Numbered from the stretch's first letter, positions 40,028 through 49,916 are shown. The stretch: DNA of 64,000 bases from Treponema sp. (GCA_017551545.1 JAFZLJ010000055.1:35-64034); one strand, 5' to 3'. The notes: generated from the sequence alone by a model not told the origin. Numbers and translations are program-made.

Positions 40028-40151
40028 GGGGCCCCTGAGCTTGTCGAAGGGCCCTATAAACACACGTCATTGCGAGCGAAGCGTGGCAATCCAGTTATTA
40101 AAATGCATTCTAATAACTGGATTGCCACGTCGTTTCACTCCTCGCAATGAC
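40028..40151. repeat. REP family C (40028-40054) plus an 86-bp family B doublet (40066-40151)
   Basis: GGGGCCCCTGAGCTTGTCGAAGGGCCC; the doublet is a near reverse complement of 37361-37446, including the spacer. Confidence 0.92.
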
Positions 40152-40160
40152 GTTATTTTT

Positions 40161-41129
40161 TTACCATTCCATTCCATCCATAGTCTTAATAGAACCATCT
40201 GGATTAAATGTCAATTCGCGGAACTTAACGTTGCGCTTCTGGTTTACGCCGTTTGAGCGTTCGCAGTCATGGTAGAACAAGTACCACTTTCCGTTGAACT
40301 CGAGGATTGAGTGGTGTGTTGTCCATCCAAGAACAGGAGTAAGAATCTTTCCGCCGTAGGTGTATGGACCGTAAACATTCTTGCTGGTTGCCCAGTTCAA
40401 AAAGTGGGTTGTTCCTGTTGAATATGTAAAGTAGTAGGTGTCGCCTTTCTTAAAGAGCCATGGGTCTTCAAAGTAGCGGCGGTCTTCGTCTTTACCAAGT
40501 AAAGGCTTTCCGTTTTCGTCTACAATTACAAGGTCGCGTGGAGCTTCTGCAATTTCAAGCATGTTATCTTTCATCAAAGCGATTTTTGGTGTGCATGCTT
40601 CTTCTTCGCGTGGTTCCTTGTTTTCGGCACCCCAGGTGTTGTTGCGGTACTGATCAAGCTGTCCGCCCCAAAGTCCACCGAATGTAAGGTAGTATTTTCC
40701 GTCTGTGTCTGGGAAGCAGCATGGGTCAATACTATATGTTCCCTGGATATAGTCATCTTCCGGCTTGAATGGGCCTTCAGGTTTGTCGCCAACTGCTACA
40801 CCAACTCTGAACATACCGTTTTTGTCGCGTGCAGGGAAATAGAAATAGTATTTTCCGTTTCTTTCAACGCAGTCTGGAGCCCAAAGCTGTTTGCTTGCCC
40901 ATTTTACATCATCAATTGTGAAAACACATCCACAATCACGTGGATAAGTTTCTGTATCTTTCATCTCATAAACGTGATAGTCTTTCATATCATACTGATC
41001 ACCGTTATCGTTGCTTTCTACATCAATATCCTCGTCATGAGAAGGGTAGATATAGATTTTTCCATTAAAAACGTGTGCAGAAGGATCAGCTGTATAAAGG
41101 TCGTTTACCAAAGGTCTTCTTTCGATCAT
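40161..41129 (-). CDS. GH43 beta-xylosidase/alpha-arabinofuranosidase (GH43_1-like), cytoplasmic
   Basis: YTADPSAHVF.GKIYIYPSHD, LWAPD, SIDP, FGG.WGGQL, RYFE.PW, GWTTHHSI. Confidence 0.93.
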   Translation of the reverse strand: MIERRPLVNDLYTADPSAHVFNGKIYIYPSHDEDIDVESNDNGDQYDMKDYHVYEMKDTETYPRDCGCVFTIDDVKWASKQLWAPDCVERNGKYYFYFPARDKNGMFRVGVAVGDKPEGPFKPEDDYIQGTYSIDPCCFPDTDGKYYLTFGGLWGGQLDQYRNNTWGAENKEPREEEACTPKIALMKDNMLEIAEAPRDLVIVDENGKPLLGKDEDRRYFEDPWLFKKGDTYYFTYSTGTTHFLNWATSKNVYGPYTYGGKILTPVLGWTTHHSILEFNGKWYLFYHDCERSNGVNQKRNVKFRELTFNPDGSIKTMDGMEW

Positions 41130-41202
41130 AAATTGTTCTCCTGTATGAATTTATTGTATATCATTTTTGGATTTTTTCAATAATACAAATTACCTATGTT
41201 AT

Positions 41203-41272
41203 GGATTGCCGCGTCGCTGCGCTCCTCGCAATGACGAAAGGCCACGTCATTGCGAGCGAAGCGTGGCAATCT
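41203..41272. repeat. REP family B pair (GTCAT ends facing each other)
   Basis: 41203-41235 minus copy, 41246-41272 plus copy. Confidence 0.9.
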
Positions 41273-41275
41273 ACT

Positions 41276-42163
41276 TTACTGTATACTTCCCGGCACCTCA
41301 GAAAGGGCATTTTGTGCTGCACACCAGGTTCCTTTTTCAAGGGATTTCTGCATGTCTCCGGTGTTGAGGTATTCGTGTAAAAAGCCTGCATTAAAGCTGT
41401 CGCCGCATGCAATTGTGTTTACGGCTTTTACTTTTAAGGTAGGGCATTCAAAAAAATCTCCCCGGCAGGCGGCAAGAGTAGAGTCAATTCCCCGGGTGAT
41501 AATAAAAATATTATTGTATTCAAGGCTTTTTGCGCAGATATTTTCCTGATTTGCAGGCATTCCAAAAGTTGCCTCAAACTCATCTGAATTGATTTTTACA
41601 ATGGAAGGCACTGCAGTATTGAGTGCACATTTCAGTTCATCGCCAATAAAGTCTGCAAGGACGAGCTTTCCCTTGTCCAGGGCAATTCCGCAGAGAACTG
41701 CATAAATATCAGGCGACCATTTTCCCTGACGGCTTCCGGCAATGAGCAGGGCCTCGCATTCGTCAAGTTTTTCTGTAACAAGCTTAAGGAATTTTATTTC
41801 TGTAGCCGCGTAGTCTTCTTCTGGAACAGGCTCACCCGCAATAAGCTCAGTTGTCGTGCCTGCAGTAGAGTCAAGCAGCGTCCAGCAGTCGCGGATTTTC
41901 CCCGGAGAATCAACATACCACAAATCAAGGCCATCGCGTTCTGCAAGTTCAATAAATTCCGCAGAGTTTTTCTGACCAAGCGGGCATACAGTAACAGCGC
42001 TTCCTTTTTCAAGCTGGGCAAGTACACGAGCAGAGTTCACAGCTTTTCCGGAAGCATAAAGTCCGTAGTGATGAGCCCTGTTTATTTTTTCAAGAGCAAG
42101 CTTTTCAAAAACAACAGTGCGCTGGTAAGTAGCACTCATGCAAACGCAAAGGATTTTTTTCAT
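41276..42163 (-). CDS. PfkB-family sugar kinase (1-phosphofructokinase/LacC-like)
   Basis: SGKAVNSARVL..L, KINSDE, ITRG, NTIACGDSFNAGF. Confidence 0.85.
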   Translation of the reverse strand: MKKILCVCMSATYQRTVVFEKLALEKINRAHHYGLYASGKAVNSARVLAQLEKGSAVTVCPLGQKNSAEFIELAERDGLDLWYVDSPGKIRDCWTLLDSTAGTTTELIAGEPVPEEDYAATEIKFLKLVTEKLDECEALLIAGSRQGKWSPDIYAVLCGIALDKGKLVLADFIGDELKCALNTAVPSIVKINSDEFEATFGMPANQENICAKSLEYNNIFIITRGIDSTLAACRGDFFECPTLKVKAVNTIACGDSFNAGFLHEYLNTGDMQKSLEKGTWCAAQNALSEVPGSIQ

Positions 42164-42966
42164 AGCGCAACCCCCGCGGTCCCTGAGCTTGTCGAAGGGG
42201 TCGAAGGGCCCTCAGTATAAGCATACGCATTATGAAAATGAATACTCTCTTCATTCTCTGCTTCTACGCTGAACCATTTAAAATTCTTTTTTGCCAGGGC
42301 TGTATAAACTTCACGCACAACATCTTCAACAAAACGAGGATTGTCATAGGCATGTTCTGTTACATATTTTTCATCCTGACGCTTGAGCAATGAGTAGAGT
42401 GGCGAAGAAGCGCAATTTTCAATCAATTCAATAATATCTTCAATCCAGAAAAATTCAGAATAAAACAGCTTTACCTTTACAGTTCCACGCTGATTATGAG
42501 CACCGTATTCACTGATTGCCTTTGAACAAGGACACAAGGTTGTAACTGGAACTTCTATAGTAATGTAAAACTTTCGTTCATCTGCGCTTACAGTTCCTTC
42601 AAAAGAACAGTTATATTCCATAATTCCCGAAGCCTGCGAAACCGGAGCAGCTTTTTCAATAAAATAAGGAAAGCTTACAGTTCCAAAGGCCTGCTCGGCA
42701 TCAAGCTTTTTGCGCATTTCTTCAAGCATATCAAGGAAATGCTGCATCGTAACATCCTGATGATATTTATGGAACACTTCAATAAAGCGCGACATATGAG
42801 TTCCCTTAAAATTGTGAGGAAGGTTTACAAAAAGATCTACTGTTGCAGTTGTCTGCTGCTGCTTGTGATTTTTGTCGAGGACAGTTACCGGGTATCGAAC
42901 GCCCTTTACGCCAACTTTTTGAAGCGGAATCTTACGTGTGTCTGTTTCGTTTTGAATGTCGCGCAT
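42160..42966 (-). CDS. folE2: GTP cyclohydrolase IB
   Basis: D.QNE.D.R.IP.QKVG, KGTHMSRF, TLCPCSK.IS.YGAHNQR, LKR.DEK, NPRFVED.VR, ESIH.HNAYA. Confidence 0.95.
   Translation of the reverse strand: MRDIQNETDTRKIPLQKVGVKGVRYPVTVLDKNHKQQQTTATVDLFVNLPHNFKGTHMSRFIEVFHKYHQDVTMQHFLDMLEEMRKKLDAEQAFGTVSFPYFIEKAAPVSQASGIMEYNCSFEGTVSADERKFYITIEVPVTTLCPCSKAISEYGAHNQRGTVKVKLFYSEFFWIEDIIELIENCASSPLYSLLKRQDEKYVTEHAYDNPRFVEDVVREVYTALAKKNFKWFSVEAENEESIHFHNAYAYTEGPSTPSTSSGTAGVAL
42178..42211. repeat. REP family C copy with a 9-bp duplication, translated as the FolE2 C-terminal tail
   Basis: GGTCCCTGAGCTTGTCGAAGGG-GTCGAAGGG-CCC; the minus strand reads GPSTPSTSSGT. Confidence 0.85.
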
Positions 42967-43017
42967 GAATATATTATACGAAAAAGGGGAGAAGAGAATC
43001 AACAGCACTACATTGGA

Positions 43018-44262
43018 TTACAGTTCATCTCCTGTTAAAAAATCTTCCAGGCAGATGATGTAGATTCCGTTGTCGTCGTAATGCGGGATAACTTTTTCTT
43101 TTTGAATTATTATTTTTTTAAAACTATCGTTGATTCTTAAAAGGGAGTTTTCTTCCTGAGTTTTTTTCTTTTCGGAAGAAATATCTAAAGCTGACTGGAT
43201 GTAGATTTTTTCGTTACCCAGGTTTGCAACAAAATCACATTCAAGCTGAATCTTTTTTGTTTTGCCTTCCTTGTCTTTCGTGTTATATTCTACAATTCCA
43301 ACATCAACATTATAACCGCGCATTTTAAGTTCGTTGTAGATGATGTTTTCCATGATATGAGGTTCTTCTATCTGGCGGAAATTCAGTCTGGCGTTTCGCA
43401 ATCCGGAATCTGTAAAATAATATTTCTTGTTTGCGCCAATGTATTTTCTTCCTTTAATGTCAAAGCGTTCTACTGTCTGAATTAAAAAGGCATCTTCAAG
43501 ATAATTCAAATATGATGTGATTGTTTTGTTTGTTATTGAAGATTTTTCTTTTGTCCTAAAGGTATTTTGAATCTTAACAGGATTTGTAAACGCGCCGATA
43601 GAAGAAGCTGTAACATCAAGCAAATCTTCAAACTCTTTTTTATTGCGGATATTGTAACGGTCAATTACATCGGTGAGATATACTTTTGAAAAAAGGCTGG
43701 AAAGATAATCTGATTTTTCTTTGTGGGTTTTCATTCCTGCAACAAGAGGAAGACCGCCATAAGTATAATAATCTGTCCATGCAGAAACAAAATCGTCTTT
43801 TCGTGATTCATAAAATTCCTTGAACGAAAGAGGATACATCCTTATTTCATCACCTCGTCCACGGAACTCTGTGATTACATCTTTTACAAGAAAACGCGAA
43901 TTACTTCCGGTAACATACACATCTATGTTTGGAATGTGCAAAAGCGAATTAAGGACTTCTTCAAATCCGTCAACCAGCTGAATTTCGTCAAGAAGGCAGT
44001 AGTATAATTTTTTTTCTGTGATTTTTGATTTTATAAATTTGTAAAGGCTGATTTTATCACGAAGTTCGGCGTATTCCAGATCGTCCAGAGGAATCTTTAT
44101 AATATGAGATTCTGATACACCTTGTGAAATAAGTTTTTCATAAAACAGCTTGAATAAAAGATATGACTTTCCGCAGCGTCGGAGTCCGGTGATAATTTTA
44201 ATCATTCCGTTCTGCTTTTTTTGAGTAAGCTGATTTATGTATATATCTCGAGAAAATATCAT
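43018..44262 (-). CDS. AAA_14 ATPase with DUF4143 C-terminus
   Basis: ITGLRRCGKS, LLDEIQ, YVTGSNS, FRGRG, GGLP, K.YF.D.GLRN, MENIIYNEL, ECDFV......IYIQ. Confidence 0.9.
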   Translation of the reverse strand: MIFSRDIYINQLTQKKQNGMIKIITGLRRCGKSYLLFKLFYEKLISQGVSESHIIKIPLDDLEYAELRDKISLYKFIKSKITEKKLYYCLLDEIQLVDGFEEVLNSLLHIPNIDVYVTGSNSRFLVKDVITEFRGRGDEIRMYPLSFKEFYESRKDDFVSAWTDYYTYGGLPLVAGMKTHKEKSDYLSSLFSKVYLTDVIDRYNIRNKKEFEDLLDVTASSIGAFTNPVKIQNTFRTKEKSSITNKTITSYLNYLEDAFLIQTVERFDIKGRKYIGANKKYYFTDSGLRNARLNFRQIEEPHIMENIIYNELKMRGYNVDVGIVEYNTKDKEGKTKKIQLECDFVANLGNEKIYIQSALDISSEKKKTQEENSLLRINDSFKKIIIQKEKVIPHYDDNGIYIICLEDFLTGDEL

Positions 44263-44272
44263 ATACTTTTCT

Positions 44273-44315
44273 ATTACCTAAAAATTAGTATATCTGCATT
44301 TTTAGGTAATTGCAA
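44273..44315 (-). promoter_or_regulatory. Promoter of the AAA ATPase gene enclosed by a 13-bp inverted repeat
   Basis: ATTACCTAAAAAT-N12-ATTTTTAGGTAAT (44273-44310); minus-strand TTGCAA-N17-TATACT (44315-44287). Confidence 0.75.
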
Positions 44316-44356
44316 GATTTTTTTGAAACATACGTCTATGAGCGAAAAGTGGGAGT

Positions 44357-46883
44357 TTAGTTCGAAGCCTCTTGTAAATTACTTGCATTAATGTAAAGAG
44401 CTGGGACTACGCCTGGTTTTTCATCTTGGACAACTGTTCTTGTTATTTCGACAGTGGTCGTTATTCCATTACTATCAACAAAATAATCCTTGTTATGCGA
44501 ACTGGTCTCATTAATATTCCAAGCTCTATTATCATGAAAAGCGTTATTCAACCACCAGCTGCCATCTGCTGTACTGTTTGTAGCTTGGGCATAAGCTGTT
44601 AAGGTTTTTTTAGCGTAAGAATATTCTGAGCCAAGATCATCTGTGTTTTTTAAAAGGAAAATCTTTTCGTTTTCAAGAGTACATATTTCTGCATCATTAT
44701 TGTTTTTGCGATATGCCTTAAAGCTTACAGAAGAATTGAGTATTGTATTTGTAGCGGTAGTTGTTACAAAAGCTTTTTGTAAGAATCCTTTATTATAATA
44801 TAATGAATTAATATCTTTCATATATTCGAGATTACTTACTGGAACGAGAGTCGGATAAGATAAGCCGTTTAAGAATGCTCTTATTGTAGACACTTCATAG
44901 TCATTTGGATAGTACGTTACTCCCTCATTGTTTCTTTGTTGATTAGGCCCGTCATAGAAAGGAACATCTGCTGTAAGGATTTTTTCTGAAACCAAAAGCA
45001 CATTGTTAGAATTAGAATCACCTATAACGCGCCAGATAATAGGTTCATACTTGTAATAATTACCATTGTATTTTTCATAGAAATAACCGTCTGTACCAAG
45101 GTACCAGTCAAGACAAATTTTGTCTTGAGGATACAGGCTGACATTTGTGCTGTCAATTAGCGATTGAGGGTAGTTTCCGAATTTACAGTAAGTACCTCCA
45201 TCATAACTTCCTGAATAATTGGTGATTTTTGTTGGTATAGACGCAATGGCATCGCTTCTTATATAGAAGGTAGCAGCTTCTCCTACATTTCCTGCGTAAT
45301 CTATATATTTTAAAGTAACTTCATAAAGTGCATCATATTCAAATTTTTTTATTATATACGAAGTAACTGTGTTGTTAGAAGTTTCAACTTCTGTTGCTCC
45401 AACTTTTTTAAAAGAATAGTATAATTGAGCAAAGTCTGGTGCAGCAGTAGGTTCTGACCAGCTAAAACAAAAATCCCTATATACTTTATCTTCAAAACTT
45501 ATGCTGGTAAGTACAGGTTTTTCACTTATTCCAGTCTTGTCTATTGCAAAATAATACTTTTTGCCGTCAGAAGGATATGTAGAATCATTACCGGCTTTAT
45601 CTTTAAAGGTAAAGCTTATTGCGTAAACTCCTTCATCGATAATCTCTTTTGCTTTTGTTTTTAATAAATCTATTGTTCCCGTATAAGAGGCTTTTAAAGA
45701 ATCTACTGTCGAATAAATAATTTGGATATCTCTGGAAGAAGATGCGTTTTGATAGTTCTTTCCCTTAACCTTTTCAACCTTCATCCAGAAAGAAGTATCC
45801 GGACCAGATTGTCCGTCGGAGTTTTCTTCTACTGAAATATCAAGGGCAATTTGGAATTTATTATTTTTGATAAAATCGTTTTTCAGATCAGAAACTTTAG
45901 TAAACTTTTTTGAAGTTTTAGAAGTATTATTAATTTTTAATGTAAATTTATCAGTTACAAGAGGGAATTTATCGGTCTGATTATTAACTGTATAGCTCCA
46001 TTTTTTGAATTCCTTCATTTGTACGTCTTTTTCATATCCGGAAGAATTTGCTGTGTAGAAAAAGCCTGCTTCAATACATACAAGAAGACTGGTGTAAGAT
46101 ACAGGTGGCGAACTCTTTTTTGGTGGTATTATAAGTGTAATATTGTTGTTTTCAAAAGTCGGAGCATCAAAAAGACTTAAAAGATTGTCGCCGGTTTTTT
46201 TATTTGTTATTTTAATATTTTTAAAATATATTTCATTTCCAATTTTATATTTATAATATCTTTGTGTTCCATCAGGCAGTGTTACTGGCTCAAAGAAAGT
46301 GACAGAGTCTTTTAATCTATCATATTCATCTGTTGTAAAATAAATGGAATCTGTGTTCATTTCGTAGTCAAAATCAACTGTAATAACTGACTCTCTGATT
46401 ACATTTGCTGTTTCAGGGTATTTAGAAATAACAGAAGGGCGTTCTGCAAGAACTACGCTTATACAAAGTTCCATTCCGTCTGAAGGCTTTTTATTAAAAG
46501 AACAGGTTGTATTTTCTGAAGTAGGAGAATCAATAAAAAGAAAATCTCCGTTTTTTAATTCTGTTCCGCTGGCAGAATCTATAATTTTCCAGCATATAAA
46601 TTCATAAGATTCGAAAGGTTTAAAGGATATTTCAAAGGAATCTGTTACCTTTTTCATTACCTGGTTACCAACAGGATTCTGCATTGTTCCCTGACCAGGA
46701 TAATCAAAGGTTATTTTATACGAAGGTGCATTTGCATAATCAATATATTTTTCTATCTGCTGTTTTGTTTCTCCGGCATTTAAGAAATCATTACAGGATG
46801 AGAGCAGAAAAAGATTTACTATACATAATAACGCCCCCCCCCAGTATAGTAATTTTTGAAAGCTTAAAATGTGTGTGTGTCAT
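44357..46883 (-). CDS. Frameshifted (putatively phase-variable, OFF) surface lipoprotein with Ig/FN3-like domains and a DUF6273-like C-terminus
   Basis: SD GGGAG + ATG 46883, (AC)5 and G9 tracts, then an out-of-frame lipobox FLLSSC continuous with ORF 44357-46684; FG.YPQ, YEPI.WRV, S.IR.FLNG, WWL...GVVPAL motifs. Confidence 0.8.
46834..46880 (-). repeat. Simple sequence repeats G9 (46834-46842) and (AC)5 (46871-46880)
   Basis: Plus strand shows C9 and (GT)5 within the first 50 nt of the gene. Confidence 0.92.
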
Positions 46884-46945
46884 GTAAGGACTCCCTCTGA
46901 AATATTCCCCTTATTTTATCAGAAAAGAGTCTTTATTGCTAGTTT

Positions 46946-47935
46946 TTATTCATAAAGATAGCAGTCGTAACCGGAGCTTCGTAATTTGTCTGCGGTTGTG
47001 CCGGTGCCGTCATCTTTTACAAGGACAATGTAGTAGGTTGTGCCGCTGGCGCGTTTTTCTGAAATAATGTAGGCGTCAAAGCCTTTCTGTTTTACTTCTT
47101 CGCACAGGAGTTTTGCATTTGATTCTGTTTTGAAAAGGCCAAGCTGCCATTTGGAATCTTTGGTTGTTGTAGCTGCGGCTGTTGTTTTTGTTGCAGGAGC
47201 TACAGAAATATCTTCTTTAAAAGTTCCTGTTCCCTGTTCTGCAACACCGCTCTTTGGTACAAAGAACCAGAATGGTGTTGGAAGTAACTGAACATCGCCT
47301 TTTACAATTGCAGCTTCTGTTGAGTTTGGATAATTTTTGGTTATCTGTTCCGACCACGATTTGTCGCCGGTTACATACCAGAGTGTTAATAAAATTACAG
47401 GATGCACACTCTTCATTGACTGAACTTTGAGATAGGCTTTTAAAAGTTCAAGCGGCTCGTTTAAGTCGTCAACGTTTTCGGCTTTGCAGAGTGCGCTCCA
47501 CTGGGCATATAATTTTACATAAGATTGAATGTTTGCATCTTTTGAATTTCGCACTGCAGAGTTTAAGTAGCTGTCGGCAGTAGGCCAGTCTCCGCAGCAA
47601 AGGGCACAGCGCACTGCATCAATTACAAGCTGTTCATTTGTTTTTTGCGGCATGCCTTCTGCATCGCCTGCGGCAATTCCTGCAGCAGTTGCATAGCTTT
47701 TCTGGGCATCACCATATAAGGCCAGCTGCTCCTGAAGCGACGCTAAAAATACATAAGCAGCGCGTTTTTCTGAAGCAACTGTAAGGCTTTTGATTTGATT
47801 CTTTACATACGAAACTGATTCTTCGACTGTTGATTGTTTTACAGCCTGAGCTTTTATATCTTTTGCTTTTGGTTCTGCAAAAATGAGTGAGGTAAAAAGT
47901 GAAAATATTACAATTGCAAAAAGTTTTTTATTCAT
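46946..47935 (-). CDS. Exported TPR-like protein with C-terminal SPOR domain
   Basis: Signal peptide; WQLGLF....NA..L...V..KGF.A.I......G..YY.V.V. Confidence 0.8.
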   Translation of the reverse strand: MNKKLFAIVIFSLFTSLIFAEPKAKDIKAQAVKQSTVEESVSYVKNQIKSLTVASEKRAAYVFLASLQEQLALYGDAQKSYATAAGIAAGDAEGMPQKTNEQLVIDAVRCALCCGDWPTADSYLNSAVRNSKDANIQSYVKLYAQWSALCKAENVDDLNEPLELLKAYLKVQSMKSVHPVILLTLWYVTGDKSWSEQITKNYPNSTEAAIVKGDVQLLPTPFWFFVPKSGVAEQGTGTFKEDISVAPATKTTAAATTTKDSKWQLGLFKTESNAKLLCEEVKQKGFDAYIISEKRASGTTYYIVLVKDDGTGTTADKLRSSGYDCYLYE

Positions 47936-48317
47936 GAATTCTGTCTTCTATACTATTCACTTTATCGGTGGATTTTGATGAAGACTCAACAGGATTTTCT
48001 GATTTAGAAGGCGTGGCGGCAGATGCTTTTTTTGCAAGTTTTCGCTCTATTTTTTCCTGCTTTTTCTTTTCTTTAAGGCCAAGATTACGGGCATCGGCAA
48101 CTTCATTTTCGTGGGAAAGTCTTATGAACTTTGCAATAAGATAACACAAAAGTGAAAAAATGATTCCTGCAGCAAACGCAACAAAAATTACAACAACAAT
48201 AGACTTATCTGTATAGGTTTTAAAAAGCCACAAGGTACAGACATTCGAAAGATTCTTGCCAATAAAAAATGCAAGGAAAAGGATGATGAGTAAGATGACG
48301 ATTAATGCTGCGATCAT
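47928..48317 (-). CDS. LapA-like small membrane protein
   Basis: Two TM helices (F...N...V.LW.F), basic C-terminal tail; SD GGAG; the ORF-track extension is REP-derived. Confidence 0.7.
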   Translation of the reverse strand: MIAALIVILLIILFLAFFIGKNLSNVCTLWLFKTYTDKSIVVVIFVAFAAGIIFSLLCYLIAKFIRLSHENEVADARNLGLKEKKKQEKIERKLAKKASAATPSKSENPVESSSKSTDKVNSIEDRIHE

Positions 48318-48332
48318 AGTAAAACTCCATAC

Positions 48333-48416
48333 GTCATTGCGAGCGCAGCGTGGCAATCCACATATTAAAAGAAATTCTCAAATGTGGATTGCCACGCCCT
48401 TCGGGCTCGCAATGAC
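48333..48416. repeat. REP family B doublet with 26-bp spacer
   Basis: 48333-48359 and 48386-48416; spacer ACATATTAAAAGAAATTCTCAAATGT. Confidence 0.92.
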
Positions 48417-48423
48417 GGATTGT

Positions 48424-49812
48424 TTATATCAATTCTCCCTTAAAAGTATTACCATTAAGTTGAATTATTTTAACATTTACAAACGAACCTATCAACTTGC
48501 GGTCGGCTTTGAAGGCAACTTTTTCGTGCTGCTCTGTCTGGCCTAAAAGTTCATCGGCACTGTCGCGGCTTACTCCTTCTGCAAGGACAAGGGCTGTTGT
48601 TCCAACACGTTCGCTCATTCGTTCCTGTGTGTGTTCAAGCTGAAGGTCTATTACACGCTGAAGTCGCTCTTTGCGGACCTCTTCCGGAAGTTGTTCCATT
48701 TTTGCAGCAGGAGTTCCTTCTCGCGGATTATAATAATACATCATTGCGCTTTCGTATTTTACCTGCTTCATAAGGTCGAGCGTCTGCTGAACATCTTCTT
48801 CTGTTTCGCCAGGGAAGCCCATCATGATATCTGTCGTAAGAGAAACTTCAGGAATCTTTGCTTTGATTTTTGCAACAAGTTCAAGATACTGTTCACGTGT
48901 GTATCGGCGGTTCATTGCCTTTAAGACTGCTGTAGAACCGTTCTGCACCGGAAGATGAATATGGCGGCAGATAAGAGGTTCGGCGGCAATTACATCAATT
49001 ACATCATCTGTAAAATCTTTTGGATGCGAAGACATGAATCGAACCCAGCGGATTGTAGATTCTGTTTTACGAAGGTGGTTTGCAATGATACGCAAAAGCC
49101 CCGCAAAGTTTACAGTTACACCATCAAGCCCCAGACCCTGGTAGCTGTTTACATTCTGACCAATAAGTGTGATTTCACAAACTTTCAATTTCTTAAGGAT
49201 ATCAAGCTCTTCAAGAATCTGCTCAACAGGACGGCTGATTTCACGGCCACGAACATACGGAACAATACAGTAAGTACAAAAGTTATTGCAGCCATGCATG
49301 ATTGGAACAAATGTAGAAAATGCTCCAGGCTCCGCAGAAACAGGCGCAAAGTGATATGGCTCTGAATTATCAGGAACTGCAGGTGCGGCATGCTTTTCTT
49401 CGATTGAATCTATAATTTCGCCAAAGTGATGTTTTGCAAAAGTTCCAACAACAAAATCAACAAAAGGCCAGCGCTCTTTAAAAGTTGGGAGTAATCGTTC
49501 TGCCATACAGCCTGTAACTAAAACTGTAAGAGGTTTGGCACCGTCCTTTACATATTCAACTGCTTCTTCTAAAAACTTTGTCTTGGCATTACTTCTTTTT
49601 TCGCGTACAGCCTTGAGCCCGTTGATCCAGCCCAGTCGTCCTTCTATTCTGTCTTCTGCAGTTTTTCTGATTGAGCATGTATTTACAACAATTAAATCTG
49701 CTGTCTGAGCCGAATCTGATTTTGTCCAGCCGCGCGCAATCAAAAGCTGCTCCATAGAAGCAGACTCTGCAATATTCATTTCGCAGCCGTATGTTTCGAA
49801 AAAGTAAGTCAT
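48424..49812 (-). CDS. miaB: tRNA-2-methylthio-N6-dimethylallyladenosine synthase
   Basis: ETYGCEMN, NTCSIR..AE, TGCMAE, radical SAM CNNFCTYCIVPYVRGRE.SR, GQNVNSY, SHPKD, TRAM domain. Confidence 0.95.
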   Translation of the reverse strand: MTYFFETYGCEMNIAESASMEQLLIARGWTKSDSAQTADLIVVNTCSIRKTAEDRIEGRLGWINGLKAVREKRSNAKTKFLEEAVEYVKDGAKPLTVLVTGCMAERLLPTFKERWPFVDFVVGTFAKHHFGEIIDSIEEKHAAPAVPDNSEPYHFAPVSAEPGAFSTFVPIMHGCNNFCTYCIVPYVRGREISRPVEQILEELDILKKLKVCEITLIGQNVNSYQGLGLDGVTVNFAGLLRIIANHLRKTESTIRWVRFMSSHPKDFTDDVIDVIAAEPLICRHIHLPVQNGSTAVLKAMNRRYTREQYLELVAKIKAKIPEVSLTTDIMMGFPGETEEDVQQTLDLMKQVKYESAMMYYYNPREGTPAAKMEQLPEEVRKERLQRVIDLQLEHTQERMSERVGTTALVLAEGVSRDSADELLGQTEQHEKVAFKADRKLIGSFVNVKIIQLNGNTFKGELI

Positions 49813-49916
49813 ATAAGCTATTATACAGATAGGTAGATTTGACGACAAGATAGGCATTGTTCTGAATATAGAACTACCTTACTAAGTTTGATATACTTTA
49901 AAAGAGAGGAGAGCCG

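Noticed and set aside
40023-41412. Small ORFs 40023-40256, 41167-41367 and 41194-41412 with RHCERSVAI / PRRFAPRND peptides
   Set aside because: These are translations of intergenic family B repeats, with no SD or promoter support.
44357-46883. Diversity-generating retroelement
   Set aside because: No reverse transcriptase or template repeat is visible in the window.
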